64,000 bases of DNA. It comes from Hydrurus foetidus. Lineage: Eukaryota. The notes under the pieces were generated by a model, which ran no database searches, was not told the origin of the DNA, and saw nothing but the letters and a program-made list of their open reading frames with translations. Location of the stretch: assembly GCA_900617105.1 (NCBI GenBank), contig UYFQ01000001.1, positions 1,054,001 through 1,118,000 on the forward strand, written 5' to 3'. Positions within the stretch are counted from its first letter, which is position 1, and the number at the start of each line of letters is the position of its first letter. A program made the translations under genes and the position numbers. Of this stretch, positions 49,323 to 61,165 are shown in pieces.

Positions 49323-51693
49323 TTTTATCGGCTTCAAATTCTGAAGTGCGGCGTGCTGCTCTACGCAAGGGACGCACCACTTCAATGACGGGCGGCAGAG
49401 GTGTGAGAAGGCCGAAAACATGGGGCTCATCGGTGGGCACGGAGGTTTGAGCCGCTGGGTTTTGCACGGCCACAGAAGCTGCAACAGGCCTAGCTAGCGG
49501 GGCAACCACAGGCACAGGAGCCATAACAACCAATGTCTCTGCAACTTCTTTTGCCCTGACGGTTTCAGCGCTTGGCTTGGTAAACATGCGCTGCAACAGA
49601 CCACCCGATGCCGATTTGACGAGGGGTTTTACCAAGGGTTTGACGGTTTCGGGCATCACTCGGCTCTGCGCACGGACACCGCCAAAGTCTTGACTCGATG
49701 GCGCAGGCGGTACAACGGGCTCTGCAACCATAACGGGTTCAGCGACCCAAGGTACAGGTGTGGGTTCATGCTGAAGCTCAGCGATGGCAACCGTTTCAGC
49801 GATAACCACGAATGGTGCAGGTGCTGGTACAGGAATAGGGGCCGGTGCGGCATTAGGTTCAGGTGTCTGTATCTGGACGGGTACGGATATTTGCACAGGC
49901 GCTGGCACTGGCACGACAAGCACGGGGGCTGATACCGGTGAGGGCAAAGGCATTTTGGTCTCAACCTGCATCAATTCCGGTGCAGGAGGCACTGCAGGCG
50001 CTGGCAGAGGCTGTGTCTGTATTTCTGGCTCTTGCATGACACGTTGGGCAGGCATGTGAACGACAAGTTTCGGCACCACTTCTTTGGGTTCAATGGCTTG
50101 CACGATGGTGTCAGGAAATGCTTTACCCTGAATATCTTGGCCCAGACTCACCAAGCGGGTGCGAATATCAGGACGCATCACCACAAATTGCATATCAGCA
50201 AACAATTGCTCTAAGCCATCGCCCAGTACAGCTTGCAGCGCACGCTTGAGGCTACTTTCAGGGCAGCCACTGAAGAAGATATAGCAAAGCTTGCCGTCGG
50301 TTGTGGTCAGATCGCCTGCACGGGTGACGCGTACTCTGGTGAGCAACTCGGTACAGGCTTTGCTGCTGTCTGGCTTGGCGACGACCAAGGCGCAGGGCAG
50401 GTTGAGCAGATCAGAGCGGTCTACCACGCTGGTCGTTTCACGTACAAAGCTGGCTGGGGGCAAGTAACCGCGTTTTGCAGAAGTCACCACGCTGGAAAGC
50501 GCCGCGTCAAAGTGCATTTCAATGTCACGGTTGAAGACTTGGCCTCGCAGGGATTCCAACATCAAGGGGATGCGGTTTTCTTGCACGTCGCGGTGAACAA
50601 CCAAACTGGTTCCCAAACGCAGAAGCAAAATTTCATTTTGGTAACGAAGCGAGGCCTCGCGTTCAATCACCACAATGCGCGTGCGCCGCCCCAGCGACAA
50701 GCGCAGGGTATGCACAGCTTCGGCTAAGTCCCGCAGTACACTGGTACGCTCAAAGCTCAGCAATACGGTGGGGGCAACCGTACCGAAAGCGGCACGAATC
50801 ACGCTCATCACAGAATCGCAGGCCTGCCATTGGCCGATCATTTGTTTGCCCAAGCCTGCAAGCGTGGGGTCAATGAACAAGTAGCGTAGATTTTCTGGCG
50901 ATTCTTCCGGTTCAACCACTTCAGCGGGCGGTACTCCGGGTGCCGTTGCCGCAACCACAACAGGTGCTGCGGCGATTTGTTTGCGGACTTGGTAGTTTCC
51001 ATTGTCCAGAATAGCCAGGTGGTAAACCTTGGCCGCCACCGTACCGTCCGGGGATTGCCAGTACTCGAACGTCAAATCCAAACCGTCTTGGTGTCCGCCC
51101 AAACGCACAATACCGGCCAAATAGTCCATCAACCCGGTCAGTGTCGCCAGCGAGCTGGACACCGTCGCCACACGGGTGAACACCAGCAAAATCGTCACTT
51201 TAAGCTTGCGGGCCCACTGGCCAAGCGCTTCGGCTTGCTCCAGCGCGAGTGAGATGTCATGCAGGCTGAGCAATTCATCCGCTTGGTCAATGATTAAATA
51301 GCTCTGGGCCGGCAAGCGAAAGTGATCCAGTTCGCTGACGAAAGCTTCAGCGCCAAAGCGGAACATTTTTTTACTGAAATCGTCTTGAAGCTGAAAAACC
51401 TGCAAATGCCCTGTTTCAATCGCCGCATCAGCGCCCGGGAATCCCACCTGAGTCAAGCGGTCGATAAAAACTTTGGGCGCTGACGGCACCAGCAAGGTGG
51501 TGGGGATGTTGCCAGTTACAGCCCCAGCCATGCTGGCTGCCAGAATAGGAAAGCGTGCAGGAGGTGTTTCCGCGATCATCGCGTATACCCCGCCAGGAAG
51601 CATGGCATCGGTAGTTTCGGGAAGATCGGAGACAAAAAGCCGGATCGCTGCATTCTTTCGATCCATTGCTTGACCTGTTTGTTGAGTCGCCAC
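49315..51693 (-). CDS. BcsE-family c-di-GMP-binding protein with Pro/Val-rich C-terminal tail
   Basis: LAEAVHTLRLSLGRR..IVVIERE.SLRYQNE.LLL.LG..LVV, LRGQVF.R, RAGDL; resembles the BcsE GIL region. Confidence 0.7.
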   Translation of the reverse strand: MATQQTGQAMDRKNAAIRLFVSDLPETTDAMLPGGVYAMIAETPPARFPILAASMAGAVTGNIPTTLLVPSAPKVFIDRLTQVGFPGADAAIETGHLQVFQLQDDFSKKMFRFGAEAFVSELDHFRLPAQSYLIIDQADELLSLHDISLALEQAEALGQWARKLKVTILLVFTRVATVSSSLATLTGLMDYLAGIVRLGGHQDGLDLTFEYWQSPDGTVAAKVYHLAILDNGNYQVRKQIAAAPVVVAATAPGVPPAEVVEPEESPENLRYLFIDPTLAGLGKQMIGQWQACDSVMSVIRAAFGTVAPTVLLSFERTSVLRDLAEAVHTLRLSLGRRTRIVVIEREASLRYQNEILLLRLGTSLVVHRDVQENRIPLMLESLRGQVFNRDIEMHFDAALSSVVTSAKRGYLPPASFVRETTSVVDRSDLLNLPCALVVAKPDSSKACTELLTRVRVTRAGDLTTTDGKLCYIFFSGCPESSLKRALQAVLGDGLEQLFADMQFVVMRPDIRTRLVSLGQDIQGKAFPDTIVQAIEPKEVVPKLVVHMPAQRVMQEPEIQTQPLPAPAVPPAPELMQVETKMPLPSPVSAPVLVVPVPAPVQISVPVQIQTPEPNAAPAPIPVPAPAPFVVIAETVAIAELQHEPTPVPWVAEPVMVAEPVVPPAPSSQDFGGVRAQSRVMPETVKPLVKPLVKSASGGLLQRMFTKPSAETVRAKEVAETLVVMAPVPVVAPLARPVAASVAVQNPAAQTSVPTDEPHVFGLLTPLPPVIEVVRPLRRAARRTSEFEADKNG

Positions 51694-51932
51694 GGCTTGA
51701 TGTCTAGGTTGGTGCAGCGCAATGCAAACGGCACTTCGCTGGCAATAAAGAAATGAAAAAAAAGTTATTTTGATGCATTACAAAGTGCTGTAGATTGCCT
51801 CAATAGCTCTGTATTGCATTCTGATTTTACGCAGCAGTTTGTAGCACGAACCCAAGTATTTCCTGTGTCTGGGGGGATAAATATCACGCTTCAATCAACG
51901 TCGGTTCGATCGGGTTGACGCTTTGGGTGCCG

Positions 51933-54581
51933 TCATGGTGCGGCAATCGCGGCCAACAGCTCGGTTTCAATCTCAATTTGCGTGCGGTTGTGCTGCAACT
52001 CGATACCTGAAATCAAAAAAGTATCTTCTACCCGCTCACCCAAGGTGGTGATTTTGGCCAGTTGCAGATTCAGTTTGTGGCGAGCGAGTACTTTGGCAAT
52101 GCCATAAAGCAGGCCTACACGGTCGCTGGCCGACACATTCAGCAGCCAGCGCTGCGCTTTTTCGTCTGGGCGCAATTCAACGCGCGGCGCTACAGGGAAG
52201 CTCTTAACCCGGCGCGACACCCGTCCTCGGCTTGATTGCGGCAACGGCCCCGAGGCCTCAATCGCCCGCAGCAGCTCGCTTTCCACCATGCTGACCAGTT
52301 CACGGTAATGCTCAGAAAGCAGGGTGGTGACGACTTGGAAGGTGTCCAGCGCGTAGCCGTCGCGAGCGGTGTGGATTTTGGCGTCCAAAATACTGAAACC
52401 CGCTTGCTCAAAATAGCCGCAAATACGGGCAAACAAATCAGGCCCATCGCGGGTATAAACCAGCACCTGCAAGCCTTCACCCAAGGGCGAGAGACGCGCA
52501 CGCACGATGGTTTTTTCCACCCGGCGCTCTTCAATCGTGGTGTTGTCTTTGCCTGGCACATGCCGCCCCACATGGCGCGACAGGTGCCGGGTGTGCCATG
52601 CGATGTCTGCGGCCTCATGGCGCATGAAATAGCCCACGTCCAGTGTGTTCCATAGCGCCACATGGGCTTGGTGGGGCTGGGCGTGCAGGGCCAAGTTGAC
52701 CAGAGCTTCGCGCTTGCGGGCTTCTACCTCGGCATCCGGGTCAGGTGCATGACCCCCTAGCACCCGCAGCGTGGCGCGGTACAGGTCTTCCAGCAACTTG
52801 CCCTTCCAGGCATTCCAGACTTTGGGACTGGTTCCACGTATGTCGGCCACGGTCAGTAAATACAGCGCCGTCAAATACCGCTCTGTACCCAGGCGCTTGG
52901 CAAACGCGCTGATGACTTCCGGATCGCTCAGGTCTTCCTTTTGGGCGATACGGCTCATGGTGAGGTGCTCTACCACCAAGAACTCGATCAACGCGGTATC
53001 GCTGCGGGCAATGCCGTGCTGCTTGCAAAAAATACGCACCTCACGCGCACCCAGCGTCGAGTGGTCACCGCCACGGCCTTTGGCAATGTCGTGAAACAGC
53101 GCGGCGATGTACAGCGTCCACGGTTGATCCCAGCCTGCGGCCAACTGCGAACACAGCGGGTACTCGTGGGCGTGCTCAGGCATGAAAAAGCGCCGCATGT
53201 TGCGCAGCACCATCAAAATATGCTGGTCTACCGTGTAGACGTGGAACAAATCATGCTGCATTTGCCCCACGATGCGGCGAAACACCCACAGGTAACGCCC
53301 CAGCACCGAGGTCTGGTTCATCAGGCGAATGGCGTGGGTGATGCCAGCCGGCTGCTGCAAAATTTGCAAAAACGTCTGTCGGTTGACCGGGTCACGTCGA
53401 AACGCGCCGTCCATCACCTTGCGGGCGTTGTACAAAGCCCGCAAGGTGCGTGCTGAAAACCCCTTGATGCCCACCGTGGTTTGGTACAGCAAAAAGGTTT
53501 CCAAAATCGCGTGGGGTTCGCGGGTGTACAGATCGTCCGATGCCACCTCCAGCATCCCTGCTTTGTCGTGAAACCGTTCGTTGATAGGCCGCAGCACATG
53601 CATCTTGGGGTTCAGCCGCTCTTCAATGTTCAGTAGCAACACTTGGTTCAGTTGCGCTACCGCCTTGGCCGCCCAGTAGTAGCGGCGCATCAGCGCTTCG
53701 CTGGCACGCACGGGCAAGCGTGAGGCTTCGTTTGTTGCGGCGGCGTAGCCGAAAGACTCAGCTACCGCTGTTTGCAAATCAAACACCAAACGGTCTTCGC
53801 GTCGATGAGCTGTCAGATGCAGACGCGCACGAATCAGCGAAATCAGGGCTTGATTGCGGTTGATCTGCCGCACCTCAAACGGTGTAGCCAGCCCTTTGCG
53901 GGCTAATTCGTCCCAGCTTTTACCCAGTTTAGCAGCTTTGGCCACCCATAAAATCACCTGCAAATCGCGCAAACCACCGGGAGATTCTTTGCAGTTGGGC
54001 TCCAGCGCGTAGGGTGTGTTTTCGTATTTGTTGTGCCGCTGGCGCATTTCCAGCGTTTTGGCGACAAAAAACACCTTGGCGTCCATGGCAGATGCGAACC
54101 GTTTTTGGAACAACTTGAACAGCGGTGCCTGGCCCACGATCAGACGGGACTCCAGCAGCGAAGTTTGCACCGTCACGTCTTTTTCAGACTCTTGCAGGCA
54201 CTCGGTCAGGGTGCGCACGCTGGAGCCAATCTCTAAGCCGAAATCCCAGCAACTGGTGATGAAGCGCTCAATCTGCGCTTTCAGCACCGCATCCGTGTCG
54301 GGCGAAAACCCATCGGGCATCAGCAGCAGCACATCCACATCTGAGCAGGGGAACAACTCGCCCCGACCAAACCCGCCCACAGCCACCAGCGCATGGGGCG
54401 ATGCCGGTACACCTAAACCTGCGGCATCCCACAGCACCCGTAAAGCACCGTCCACCAACATGGCCAACTGGCGCAATGCACTGCGGACATGGCGGGTGGA
54501 CGATCCGCTGCCGCCCAGTTTGTGCAACACCACACCTTTTTCACGCAAGTAATCGGCCTTGACTGCAATCAAATCATGCAT
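51933..54581 (-). CDS. glnD: [Protein-PII] uridylyltransferase / uridylyl-removing enzyme
   Basis: [56 protein letters not shown] domains. Confidence 0.97.
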   Translation of the reverse strand: MHDLIAVKADYLREKGVVLHKLGGSGSSTRHVRSALRQLAMLVDGALRVLWDAAGLGVPASPHALVAVGGFGRGELFPCSDVDVLLLMPDGFSPDTDAVLKAQIERFITSCWDFGLEIGSSVRTLTECLQESEKDVTVQTSLLESRLIVGQAPLFKLFQKRFASAMDAKVFFVAKTLEMRQRHNKYENTPYALEPNCKESPGGLRDLQVILWVAKAAKLGKSWDELARKGLATPFEVRQINRNQALISLIRARLHLTAHRREDRLVFDLQTAVAESFGYAAATNEASRLPVRASEALMRRYYWAAKAVAQLNQVLLLNIEERLNPKMHVLRPINERFHDKAGMLEVASDDLYTREPHAILETFLLYQTTVGIKGFSARTLRALYNARKVMDGAFRRDPVNRQTFLQILQQPAGITHAIRLMNQTSVLGRYLWVFRRIVGQMQHDLFHVYTVDQHILMVLRNMRRFFMPEHAHEYPLCSQLAAGWDQPWTLYIAALFHDIAKGRGGDHSTLGAREVRIFCKQHGIARSDTALIEFLVVEHLTMSRIAQKEDLSDPEVISAFAKRLGTERYLTALYLLTVADIRGTSPKVWNAWKGKLLEDLYRATLRVLGGHAPDPDAEVEARKREALVNLALHAQPHQAHVALWNTLDVGYFMRHEAADIAWHTRHLSRHVGRHVPGKDNTTIEERRVEKTIVRARLSPLGEGLQVLVYTRDGPDLFARICGYFEQAGFSILDAKIHTARDGYALDTFQVVTTLLSEHYRELVSMVESELLRAIEASGPLPQSSRGRVSRRVKSFPVAPRVELRPDEKAQRWLLNVSASDRVGLLYGIAKVLARHKLNLQLAKITTLGERVEDTFLISGIELQHNRTQIEIETELLAAIAAP

Positions 54582-54641
54582 AGGATGCTATAAATACAAG
54601 AGCGAAAAAAGTGAAAATGGATTGAGGGAGTAAACTGAAAA

Positions 54642-55457
54642 TTAAGTGCGTGCAGGCACAAAATCAGGTACCGCAGGGCTGTTTGCCGACACGGTGAGCA
54701 CCTCATAGCCCGTTTCTGTCACCAGCACTGTGTGTTCCCATTGGGCGGACAGTGAGCGGTCTTTGGTAACGATCGTCCAGCCGTCTTTGGCCGGGCCATC
54801 GGTGATTTCTTTGCGGCCAGCGTTCACCATCGGCTCAATGGTGAAGGTCATGCCGGGCTGTAGCACGTCCAGCGTGCCCGCCTTGCCGTAGTGCAGCACC
54901 TGAGGCTCTTCGTGGAACACGCGGCCAATGCCATGCCCACAAAACTCGCGAACCACCGAAAAGCCTTGGCTCTCGGTGAAACGCTGGATCGCAAAGCCAA
55001 TGTCGCCCAAACGCGCACCCGGCTTGACGCGGGCAATGCCGTGCCACATCGCGTCATAGGTCAGTTTGCACAGCCGCTTGGCCTGAATCGACACCTCGCC
55101 CACCATGAACATGCGGCTCGAATCGCCATGCCAACCGTCTTTGATGACCGTCACGTCAATGTTGACGATATCGCCTTTTTTCATCGCCTTGTCGTTGGGG
55201 ATGCCGTGGCACACCACATGGTTCAGCGAGGTACACAGGCTTTTAGGGTAAGGCGTATAGCCGGGCGGCTGGTAGCCCAGCGTGGCGGGGATGGTGTGCT
55301 GCACCTGCGTCATGTAGTCATGCGCGAGCTTGTCAATCTGGTTGGTGGTGACTCCGGGGAGCACGTGGGGGGTCAGGTAGTCCAGAAGCTCAGAGGCCAA
55401 TCGGCCCGCAATGCGCATTCCGGCAATACCTGCTTCGTCTTTGATAGTGATACTCAT
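54642..55457 (-). CDS. map: Methionine aminopeptidase type I
   Basis: VCHGIP, NIDVTVIKDGWHGDSS, GHGIG..FHEEP, TIEPM, SAQWEHT. Confidence 0.97.
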   Translation of the reverse strand: MSITIKDEAGIAGMRIAGRLASELLDYLTPHVLPGVTTNQIDKLAHDYMTQVQHTIPATLGYQPPGYTPYPKSLCTSLNHVVCHGIPNDKAMKKGDIVNIDVTVIKDGWHGDSSRMFMVGEVSIQAKRLCKLTYDAMWHGIARVKPGARLGDIGFAIQRFTESQGFSVVREFCGHGIGRVFHEEPQVLHYGKAGTLDVLQPGMTFTIEPMVNAGRKEITDGPAKDGWTIVTKDRSLSAQWEHTVLVTETGYEVLTVSANSPAVPDFVPART

Positions 55458-55536
55458 GCCGTAATTATCCCGCACAGCGAAAAAGGCGCTTTGAGAGGCT
55501 AGGGTGAGCGAATAGGGGTGTGACTGCAGATGAGTC

Positions 55537-55610
55537 TGGAGCGGGTGATGAGAATCGAACTCACGTATCGAGCTTGGGAAGCTAGCGTTCTACCATTGAA
55601 CTACACCCGC
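55537..55610 (-). tRNA. tRNA-Gly (anticodon CCC)
   Basis: Minus strand GCGGGTGTAGTTCAATGGTAGAACGCTAGCTTCCCAAGCTCGATACGTGAGTTCGATTCTCATCACCCGCTCCA; 74-nt cloverleaf with TTC loop and encoded CCA. Confidence 0.96.
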
Positions 55611-55701
55611 ATTTCAAGCTGTTGATTTACAACAACTTATTGAAGTCAGCGTAACCTTGGTTGGGCCATCTGATCGTCGATTGTACCCCGCAGTTGATGC
55701 C

Positions 55702-57060
55702 TCAGAACTCGGTATGCAGCCGTACCGAGGCCACCTTCACCGGCCCACGGTCGGCGTTGTAGGCGGGGTTTTGGATGTACTGGAAGCCCAGCGTCAGCGC
55801 CGAGTTGCGTACCCGGGATAAGTCAAACCCTATGCGGTAATAGGTTTCGGTGATGATTTCGGTGCGGTAGTTCAAGCGCCCGTCGCCTACAAAGAAGCCA
55901 TAGCCGCCTGCAGCCAAAAAGTCCCTATGCGCTGCAGAAAGACCGTGGCGGGCCTGGGCCAGACCCACGGCGTCATTGGCGCGGCCCCACAGCGCACCGT
56001 TGATGACAGTGCCAACAGAGGCTGACTGGTCGATCTCGGCAAAGGCGTAGGTTTCTGATGCACCGTCATGCTTACCCAGCCGGGCGAACACGCCGATCTG
56101 GGGTGACAGCGCTTGCTCTAAGTTGATGCCCCAGCCGCGCTTGCTGCGCAGTTTGCGCACCTGCCCTACATCGGGCGTGGTGTTGTTGGTGCGGGCGTAG
56201 GTCAGTGCGTCGCTGAAGCTGCCCATCACGGCCACGTTGCGGTAGGCCAGCAGGCGGACTTTGCCGGGTTGGCCTGCCAGGGCGTAGCTTTTTTCCAGCT
56301 CGATCTGGTCACCGTAGTGCTTTCCGAGAGAAAAATCAATCGCTACACCGTTCGATTCCTTGGGCATGGCAAAGCGGCCTGCGCGCAGCACCCAATCGTC
56401 TTTGTAGTATTCAACCGCAGCGCCCCATGAGTAGCCGCGTGCATCGGCGGCAAAGTCATATGAGCCGTGGGTTAAAAACCCCCAATTCATGAAGTCGGTA
56501 CGGGCATCGTGGGCGTAGGTGTTGTCGTCAAAAATATCGCCTACCGCCAAGTTGCCTGCCGTCAGTACCACGCGGTTTTTATCGCGCATACCGGCCAATT
56601 GGTTCAAATCAGCCTCTACTTTTTCACGGTCGCCACCCATTCCCCAGGTGTGGCGCATGAAAGCGCGGGCGCGGTAGGTTTTGAGGCTAGCCCCCGCTGT
56701 TTTTTGCAGCTCGCCGTTGGTTAAGCCCCCCAAGCCTGTCAAGCGCGACATGGGGATGCCCTGCACAATTTCAGGGTTGAAGTAGAACTCGGTGTTTGAG
56801 CCTGCCCGCAAACCCAGAAAAGCGGTGGTGGTGAAGGAGTAGCTTTTTTCAGCCTCGGACGACAAGCTGTTGTCGCCCGAATAAGCCGCACGGAACGAGG
56901 GCTTTTTTTGCCAGATGTAGGTGGATTGGAACTTGGCCGTCCAGCTTTCAGATTCCGTGTCTTGTGCGGTGGCAAGGGCGGGCAGCAAGGCCGACAGGGC
57001 TATCAAGCCGTGCAGTGGAAGCAGAGGGTGACGAAGAAGGTTGAAAGAGGGGATATTCAT
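55702..57060 (-). CDS. OprB-family porin (MnoP-like clade)
   Basis: Signal peptide, F.AAYSG.NSL, YDFAADARGY.WG, ETYAFAEID, NPAYNADRGPV, C-terminal Phe. Confidence 0.75.
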   Translation of the reverse strand: MNIPSFNLLRHPLLPLHGLIALSALLPALATAQDTESESWTAKFQSTYIWQKKPSFRAAYSGDNSLSSEAEKSYSFTTTAFLGLRAGSNTEFYFNPEIVQGIPMSRLTGLGGLTNGELQKTAGASLKTYRARAFMRHTWGMGGDREKVEADLNQLAGMRDKNRVVLTAGNLAVGDIFDDNTYAHDARTDFMNWGFLTHGSYDFAADARGYSWGAAVEYYKDDWVLRAGRFAMPKESNGVAIDFSLGKHYGDQIELEKSYALAGQPGKVRLLAYRNVAVMGSFSDALTYARTNNTTPDVGQVRKLRSKRGWGINLEQALSPQIGVFARLGKHDGASETYAFAEIDQSASVGTVINGALWGRANDAVGLAQARHGLSAAHRDFLAAGGYGFFVGDGRLNYRTEIITETYYRIGFDLSRVRNSALTLGFQYIQNPAYNADRGPVKVASVRLHTEF

Positions 57061-57214
57061 GGCGAGCGAGTCTATGTCGGTTTGATGACCTTTTAACGAC
57101 ACACGCCTATGCCGCGCCTGTCTTGGTGCCCGAGGGGGCTTACCTATAATGCCACCACACCAAAGATGCTTGCCCAAAGCACCCCACATACACATCTAAG
57201 TCTTTGATTCCACA

Positions 57215-59851
57215 ATGAATACACCCTTGATTTCTGTTGCCGACATCCGCAAAACCTTCCTCGACTTTTACGAGAGCAAAGGCCACACCGTGGTGGCCAG
57301 CAGCCCGTTGGTGCCGGGCAATGACCCCACGCTGATGTTCACCAACTCGGGCATGGTGCAGTTCAAAGACGTGTTTTTGGGTACTGACAAGCGCTCTTAC
57401 GTGCGTGCCGCGTCCGTCCAGGCCTGCCTGCGGGCTGGCGGCAAGCACAACGACTTGGAAAACGTGGGCTACACCGCACGCCACCACACCTTCTTCGAGA
57501 TGATGGGCAACTGGAGTTTTGGCGATTACTTCAAGCGCGACTCGCTCAAATGGGGTTGGGAGTTGCTGACGCAGGTCTACAAGCTGCCCGCTGAGAAATT
57601 GCTGGTGACGGTCTACATCGACGACCAAGAGGCTTATGACATCTGGCACAACGAAATCGGCCTGCCACCCGAGCGCATCGTACGTATCGGCGACAACAAG
57701 GGTAAAAAATACGCCTCCGATAACTTCTGGATGATGGCCGACACCGGCCCCTGTGGCCCGTGCAGCGAGATTTTTTACGACCACGGCGAGCACATCCCCG
57801 GCGGCCCACCCGGCAGCCCTGGTGAAGACGGCGACCGCTTTATCGAAATCTGGAACCATGTGTTCATGCAGTTCGACATGCAGCCTGATGGCTCACTGAT
57901 TAAGTTGCCAGCCCCCTGCGTGGACACCGGCATGGGCCTAGAGCGCCTCGCCGCCATCTTGCAGCATGTTCACAGCAACTACGAGATCGACATTTTCCAA
58001 GGCTTGATCGCCGCTGCCGCCCGCGAAACAGGCTGCGAAGATGTGGGCAACAACTCGCTCAAAGTGATCGCCGACCACATCCGCGCGACCGCCTTCCTGG
58101 TCAGCGACGGCGTAATCCCCAGCAACGAAGGCCGAGGCTACGTCCAGCGCCGCATCATCCGCCGCGCCATCCGCCACGGTTACAAACTGGGCAAAAAGAC
58201 CCCGTTCTTCCACCGCTTGGTGAAAGATTTGGTCGCCTTGATGGGCGCGGCTTACCCCAGCTTGGCCGCACAAGAAACACGCATCACCGAGGTGCTGAAG
58301 GTGGAAGAAGAGCGCTTCTTTGAGACGCTGGAAATCGGCATGGAAATTTTGGACAGCGCACTGTCGGGCGGCGTGAATGTCCTGCCCGGCGACGTGGCGT
58401 TCAAGCTGCACGACACCTACGGCTTTCCCTTGGATTTGTCCGCTGACGTGTGCCGTGAACGCGGCTTGACCGTGGACGAGGCAGGTTTCAACGCCGCGAT
58501 GGCCACGCAAAAGGCGATGGGCCGGGCGGCGGGCAAGTTCAAAATGGACCGCGCGCTGGACTACACCGGCGCTGGCAACGAATTTGTGGGCTATGACAAG
58601 CTGGAGAGTGCTACGCAAATCGTAGCACTCTACGCCGATGGGGTAAGCACTACCGAGCTGAATGCCGGTCAAACTGGCGTGGTGGTGCTGGCCACAACGC
58701 CGTTTTACGCCGAAAGCGGCGGGCAGGTTGGTGATGAGGGGCTCATCGTGGCGGGTGAATCGTCCAAAGCCGCTAAGTTTGAGGTGCAAGACACCCAAAA
58801 AATCAAATCCGACGTGTTCGGCCACCACGGCACGGTGCAGCAAGGTTGTCTGAAAGTCGGTGATGCCGTCACCGCCCAGGTCAATACCGCCGTGCGTGCC
58901 GCCAGCATGCGCAACCACAGCGTGACCCACCTGATGCACAAAGCCCTGCGCGAGGTGCTGGGGGCGCATGTGATGCAAAAGGGCAGTTTGGTCAACGCCG
59001 AGCGCACCCGTTTTGACTTCGCCCACAACGGTGCCGTCACCGACGCGGAAATCGCGGACATTGAAGCCCGTGTCAACGCTGAAATTTTGGCCAACGCCGC
59101 CACGCAAGCCCGTGTGATGGAGATTGAAGCCGCCAAAGCCACCGGCGCCATGATGCTGTTTGGCGAAAAGTACGGCGACACCGTGCGCGTGCTAGATATC
59201 GGTTCCAGCCGCGAACTCTGCGGCGGCACCCACGTGACGCGCACTGGCGACATTGGTTTGTTCAAAGTGGTCGCAGAAGGCGGTGTGGCCGCTGGCGTAC
59301 GCCGCATTGAGGCCATCACCGGCTTGAATGCACTGATCCACACCCAGCAGCTCGAAGCCTCGGTCGCCCGGGCCGCGAATGCGCTCAAAACCGCACCCGC
59401 TGACTTGCAAGAGCGCATAGCCCAGGTGCTTGACCATGTGAAAGCGCTGGAAAAAGAAGTCAACCAACTCAAAGGCAAACTCGCATCCGCCCAGGGCGAC
59501 GAGATGCTCAAGCTCGCCATCGACGTGAACGGCCTGAAGCTGTTGGTCGTCAAGATGGACGGCGCGGATGCCAAGACGCTGCGCGAAACCATGGACAAGC
59601 TCAAAGACAAGCTGAAAACCGCTGTGATTGTGCTCGCCACGGTGGACGGCGACAAGGTGCAACTGGCCGCTGGCGTGACCCCCGACTGCGTGGGCAAAGT
59701 CAAAGCCGGTGAGCTGGTCAACTTTGTCGCGCAGCAAGTGGGCGGCAAGGGCGGCGGCAAGCCCGACATGGCGATGGCCGGTGGCACCGATGCCAGCAAG
59801 TTGACTGGGGCGTTGGCTTCGGTGCAGGCTTGGGTGGCAGAGCGGGCTTAG
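57215..59851 (+). CDS. alaS: Alanine--tRNA ligase
   Basis: [52 protein letters not shown]. Confidence 0.98.
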   Translation: MNTPLISVADIRKTFLDFYESKGHTVVASSPLVPGNDPTLMFTNSGMVQFKDVFLGTDKRSYVRAASVQACLRAGGKHNDLENVGYTARHHTFFEMMGNWSFGDYFKRDSLKWGWELLTQVYKLPAEKLLVTVYIDDQEAYDIWHNEIGLPPERIVRIGDNKGKKYASDNFWMMADTGPCGPCSEIFYDHGEHIPGGPPGSPGEDGDRFIEIWNHVFMQFDMQPDGSLIKLPAPCVDTGMGLERLAAILQHVHSNYEIDIFQGLIAAAARETGCEDVGNNSLKVIADHIRATAFLVSDGVIPSNEGRGYVQRRIIRRAIRHGYKLGKKTPFFHRLVKDLVALMGAAYPSLAAQETRITEVLKVEEERFFETLEIGMEILDSALSGGVNVLPGDVAFKLHDTYGFPLDLSADVCRERGLTVDEAGFNAAMATQKAMGRAAGKFKMDRALDYTGAGNEFVGYDKLESATQIVALYADGVSTTELNAGQTGVVVLATTPFYAESGGQVGDEGLIVAGESSKAAKFEVQDTQKIKSDVFGHHGTVQQGCLKVGDAVTAQVNTAVRAASMRNHSVTHLMHKALREVLGAHVMQKGSLVNAERTRFDFAHNGAVTDAEIADIEARVNAEILANAATQARVMEIEAAKATGAMMLFGEKYGDTVRVLDIGSSRELCGGTHVTRTGDIGLFKVVAEGGVAAGVRRIEAITGLNALIHTQQLEASVARAANALKTAPADLQERIAQVLDHVKALEKEVNQLKGKLASAQGDEMLKLAIDVNGLKLLVVKMDGADAKTLRETMDKLKDKLKTAVIVLATVDGDKVQLAAGVTPDCVGKVKAGELVNFVAQQVGGKGGGKPDMAMAGGTDASKLTGALASVQAWVAERA

Positions 59852-59939
59852 TTCTATTAAGCTTCCACCGCGGTGGTGATCATTTTTTTGCTAAGCTTCG
59901 CACCACAGTAATTGTTGCGCTTATGTACAGGTTCGCCCT

Positions 59940-60977
59940 ATGAAAAAGCTTATCGACGGTTTGGCCAATTTAACCAGCCTGCGAGACCACGATGCCCTGG
60001 ATCTAGCACTCACAAAGCTGGTGCAAACCTTGCACCAACCGCACCCTGTCAGTGTGCGGTTGGTGCGCATTGTGGGGGAGCCCAATGACCAGCGTTGCAT
60101 GACGTGCGTCCTGCTGGGGGCACAAGGCGCAGAGCCACAACGTGATTCAACATGGATAAGCTGGGAGGCATTGCCTGCCTTGGTGGATTTTCCAGCCCGT
60201 CAAGCAGCCATTGGCCGCGAAGAAATTGAATATTCCACCGCGCTTTTACCTACGACGGTTTTTCCTATGGGGGAAAACAGAGGAACTTCCCTGCTGTTGG
60301 AGCTTGAAACGACGCAGCCACTCATGCATGACACTGAGGGCTTGATTCAAAGCGTTTTGCAGGTTTACAAAAATCTACTGGGATTGCTAGACTATGGCGA
60401 AAAAGACGCGTTGACTGAGCTGCTGAACCGCAAAACGTTCGACGGTGCTTTCTTCAAAGCAGCGGCAGACCAAGACACCGTGAGCGAACTGGGTCACCCA
60501 GACCGTCGCATGAAGAGCGAAGGCCATAGCTATTGGCTGGCGGTGTTGGACATTGACCACTTTAAACATGTCAACGACAATTTTGGCCACTTGATTGGTG
60601 ACGAAGTGCTGCTGCTACTGGCGCAACTCATGCGCAGCAGTTTTCGCTTCCACGACCAGCTGTACCGCTTTGGAGGTGAAGAGTTTGTGGTAATGATGCG
60701 CTGTGCTTCGCACAGCGATGCCGTTTCTGCGCTGGAACGCTTCCGCTGCCTGGTGGGGTCGCATGCTTTTCCGCAGGTGGGTACGATCACCATCAGTACG
60801 GGATTCGCCGGATTGGCCAACGGTGACACGCCAAGTGGTGCGTTTGGCCGAGCTGACAAGGCGGTGTACTACGCCAAAGGCCATGGCCGTAACCAAGTGT
60901 GCAGCTACCTGGAACTTGTGAAGGCGGGTGAACTGGTCGAGCAGGTGGTAGAAACCCACGATGTTGATCTTTTTTAA
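59940..60977 (+). CDS. Diguanylate cyclase (GGDEF), copy 1
   Basis: DALTELLNR, DIDHFK.VNDNFGH..GD, RFHD I-site, RFGGEEF, ADKAVYYAK..GRN. Confidence 0.93.
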   Translation: MKKLIDGLANLTSLRDHDALDLALTKLVQTLHQPHPVSVRLVRIVGEPNDQRCMTCVLLGAQGAEPQRDSTWISWEALPALVDFPARQAAIGREEIEYSTALLPTTVFPMGENRGTSLLLELETTQPLMHDTEGLIQSVLQVYKNLLGLLDYGEKDALTELLNRKTFDGAFFKAAADQDTVSELGHPDRRMKSEGHSYWLAVLDIDHFKHVNDNFGHLIGDEVLLLLAQLMRSSFRFHDQLYRFGGEEFVVMMRCASHSDAVSALERFRCLVGSHAFPQVGTITISTGFAGLANGDTPSGAFGRADKAVYYAKGHGRNQVCSYLELVKAGELVEQVVETHDVDLF

Positions 60978-61008
60978 CCAACTAACGCTCTTACTTTGAT
61001 AGATTACT

Positions 61009-61111
61009 GTGCATAAAGCTGGTGGGGGAAGGTTATGCGGTGCTGTTCCCTGACAGTCTGATTTTACGCGGTGTGCGCGAACTCTGTACCCAAAAAATCG
61101 GCAGCCGCAGC
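61009..61111 (+). pseudogene. Deleted remnant of the dienelactone hydrolase gene
   Basis: GTGCATAAA start joined directly to a 94-bp copy of 62507-62600. Confidence 0.8.
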
Positions 61112-61165
61112 TTTTGCTAAGCTCCGCACCACAGTCAATGTTGCGCTTATGTACAGGTTCGCCCT

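Noticed and set aside
55537..55610. tRNA-Gly as an integration site
   Set aside because: No duplicated tRNA 3' end or integrase seen; map follows directly
57061..57214. Possible metal-sensing riboswitch upstream of the MnoP-like porin
   Set aside because: Could not match yybP-ykoY or NiCo consensus by eye; an Rfam/Infernal scan would decide
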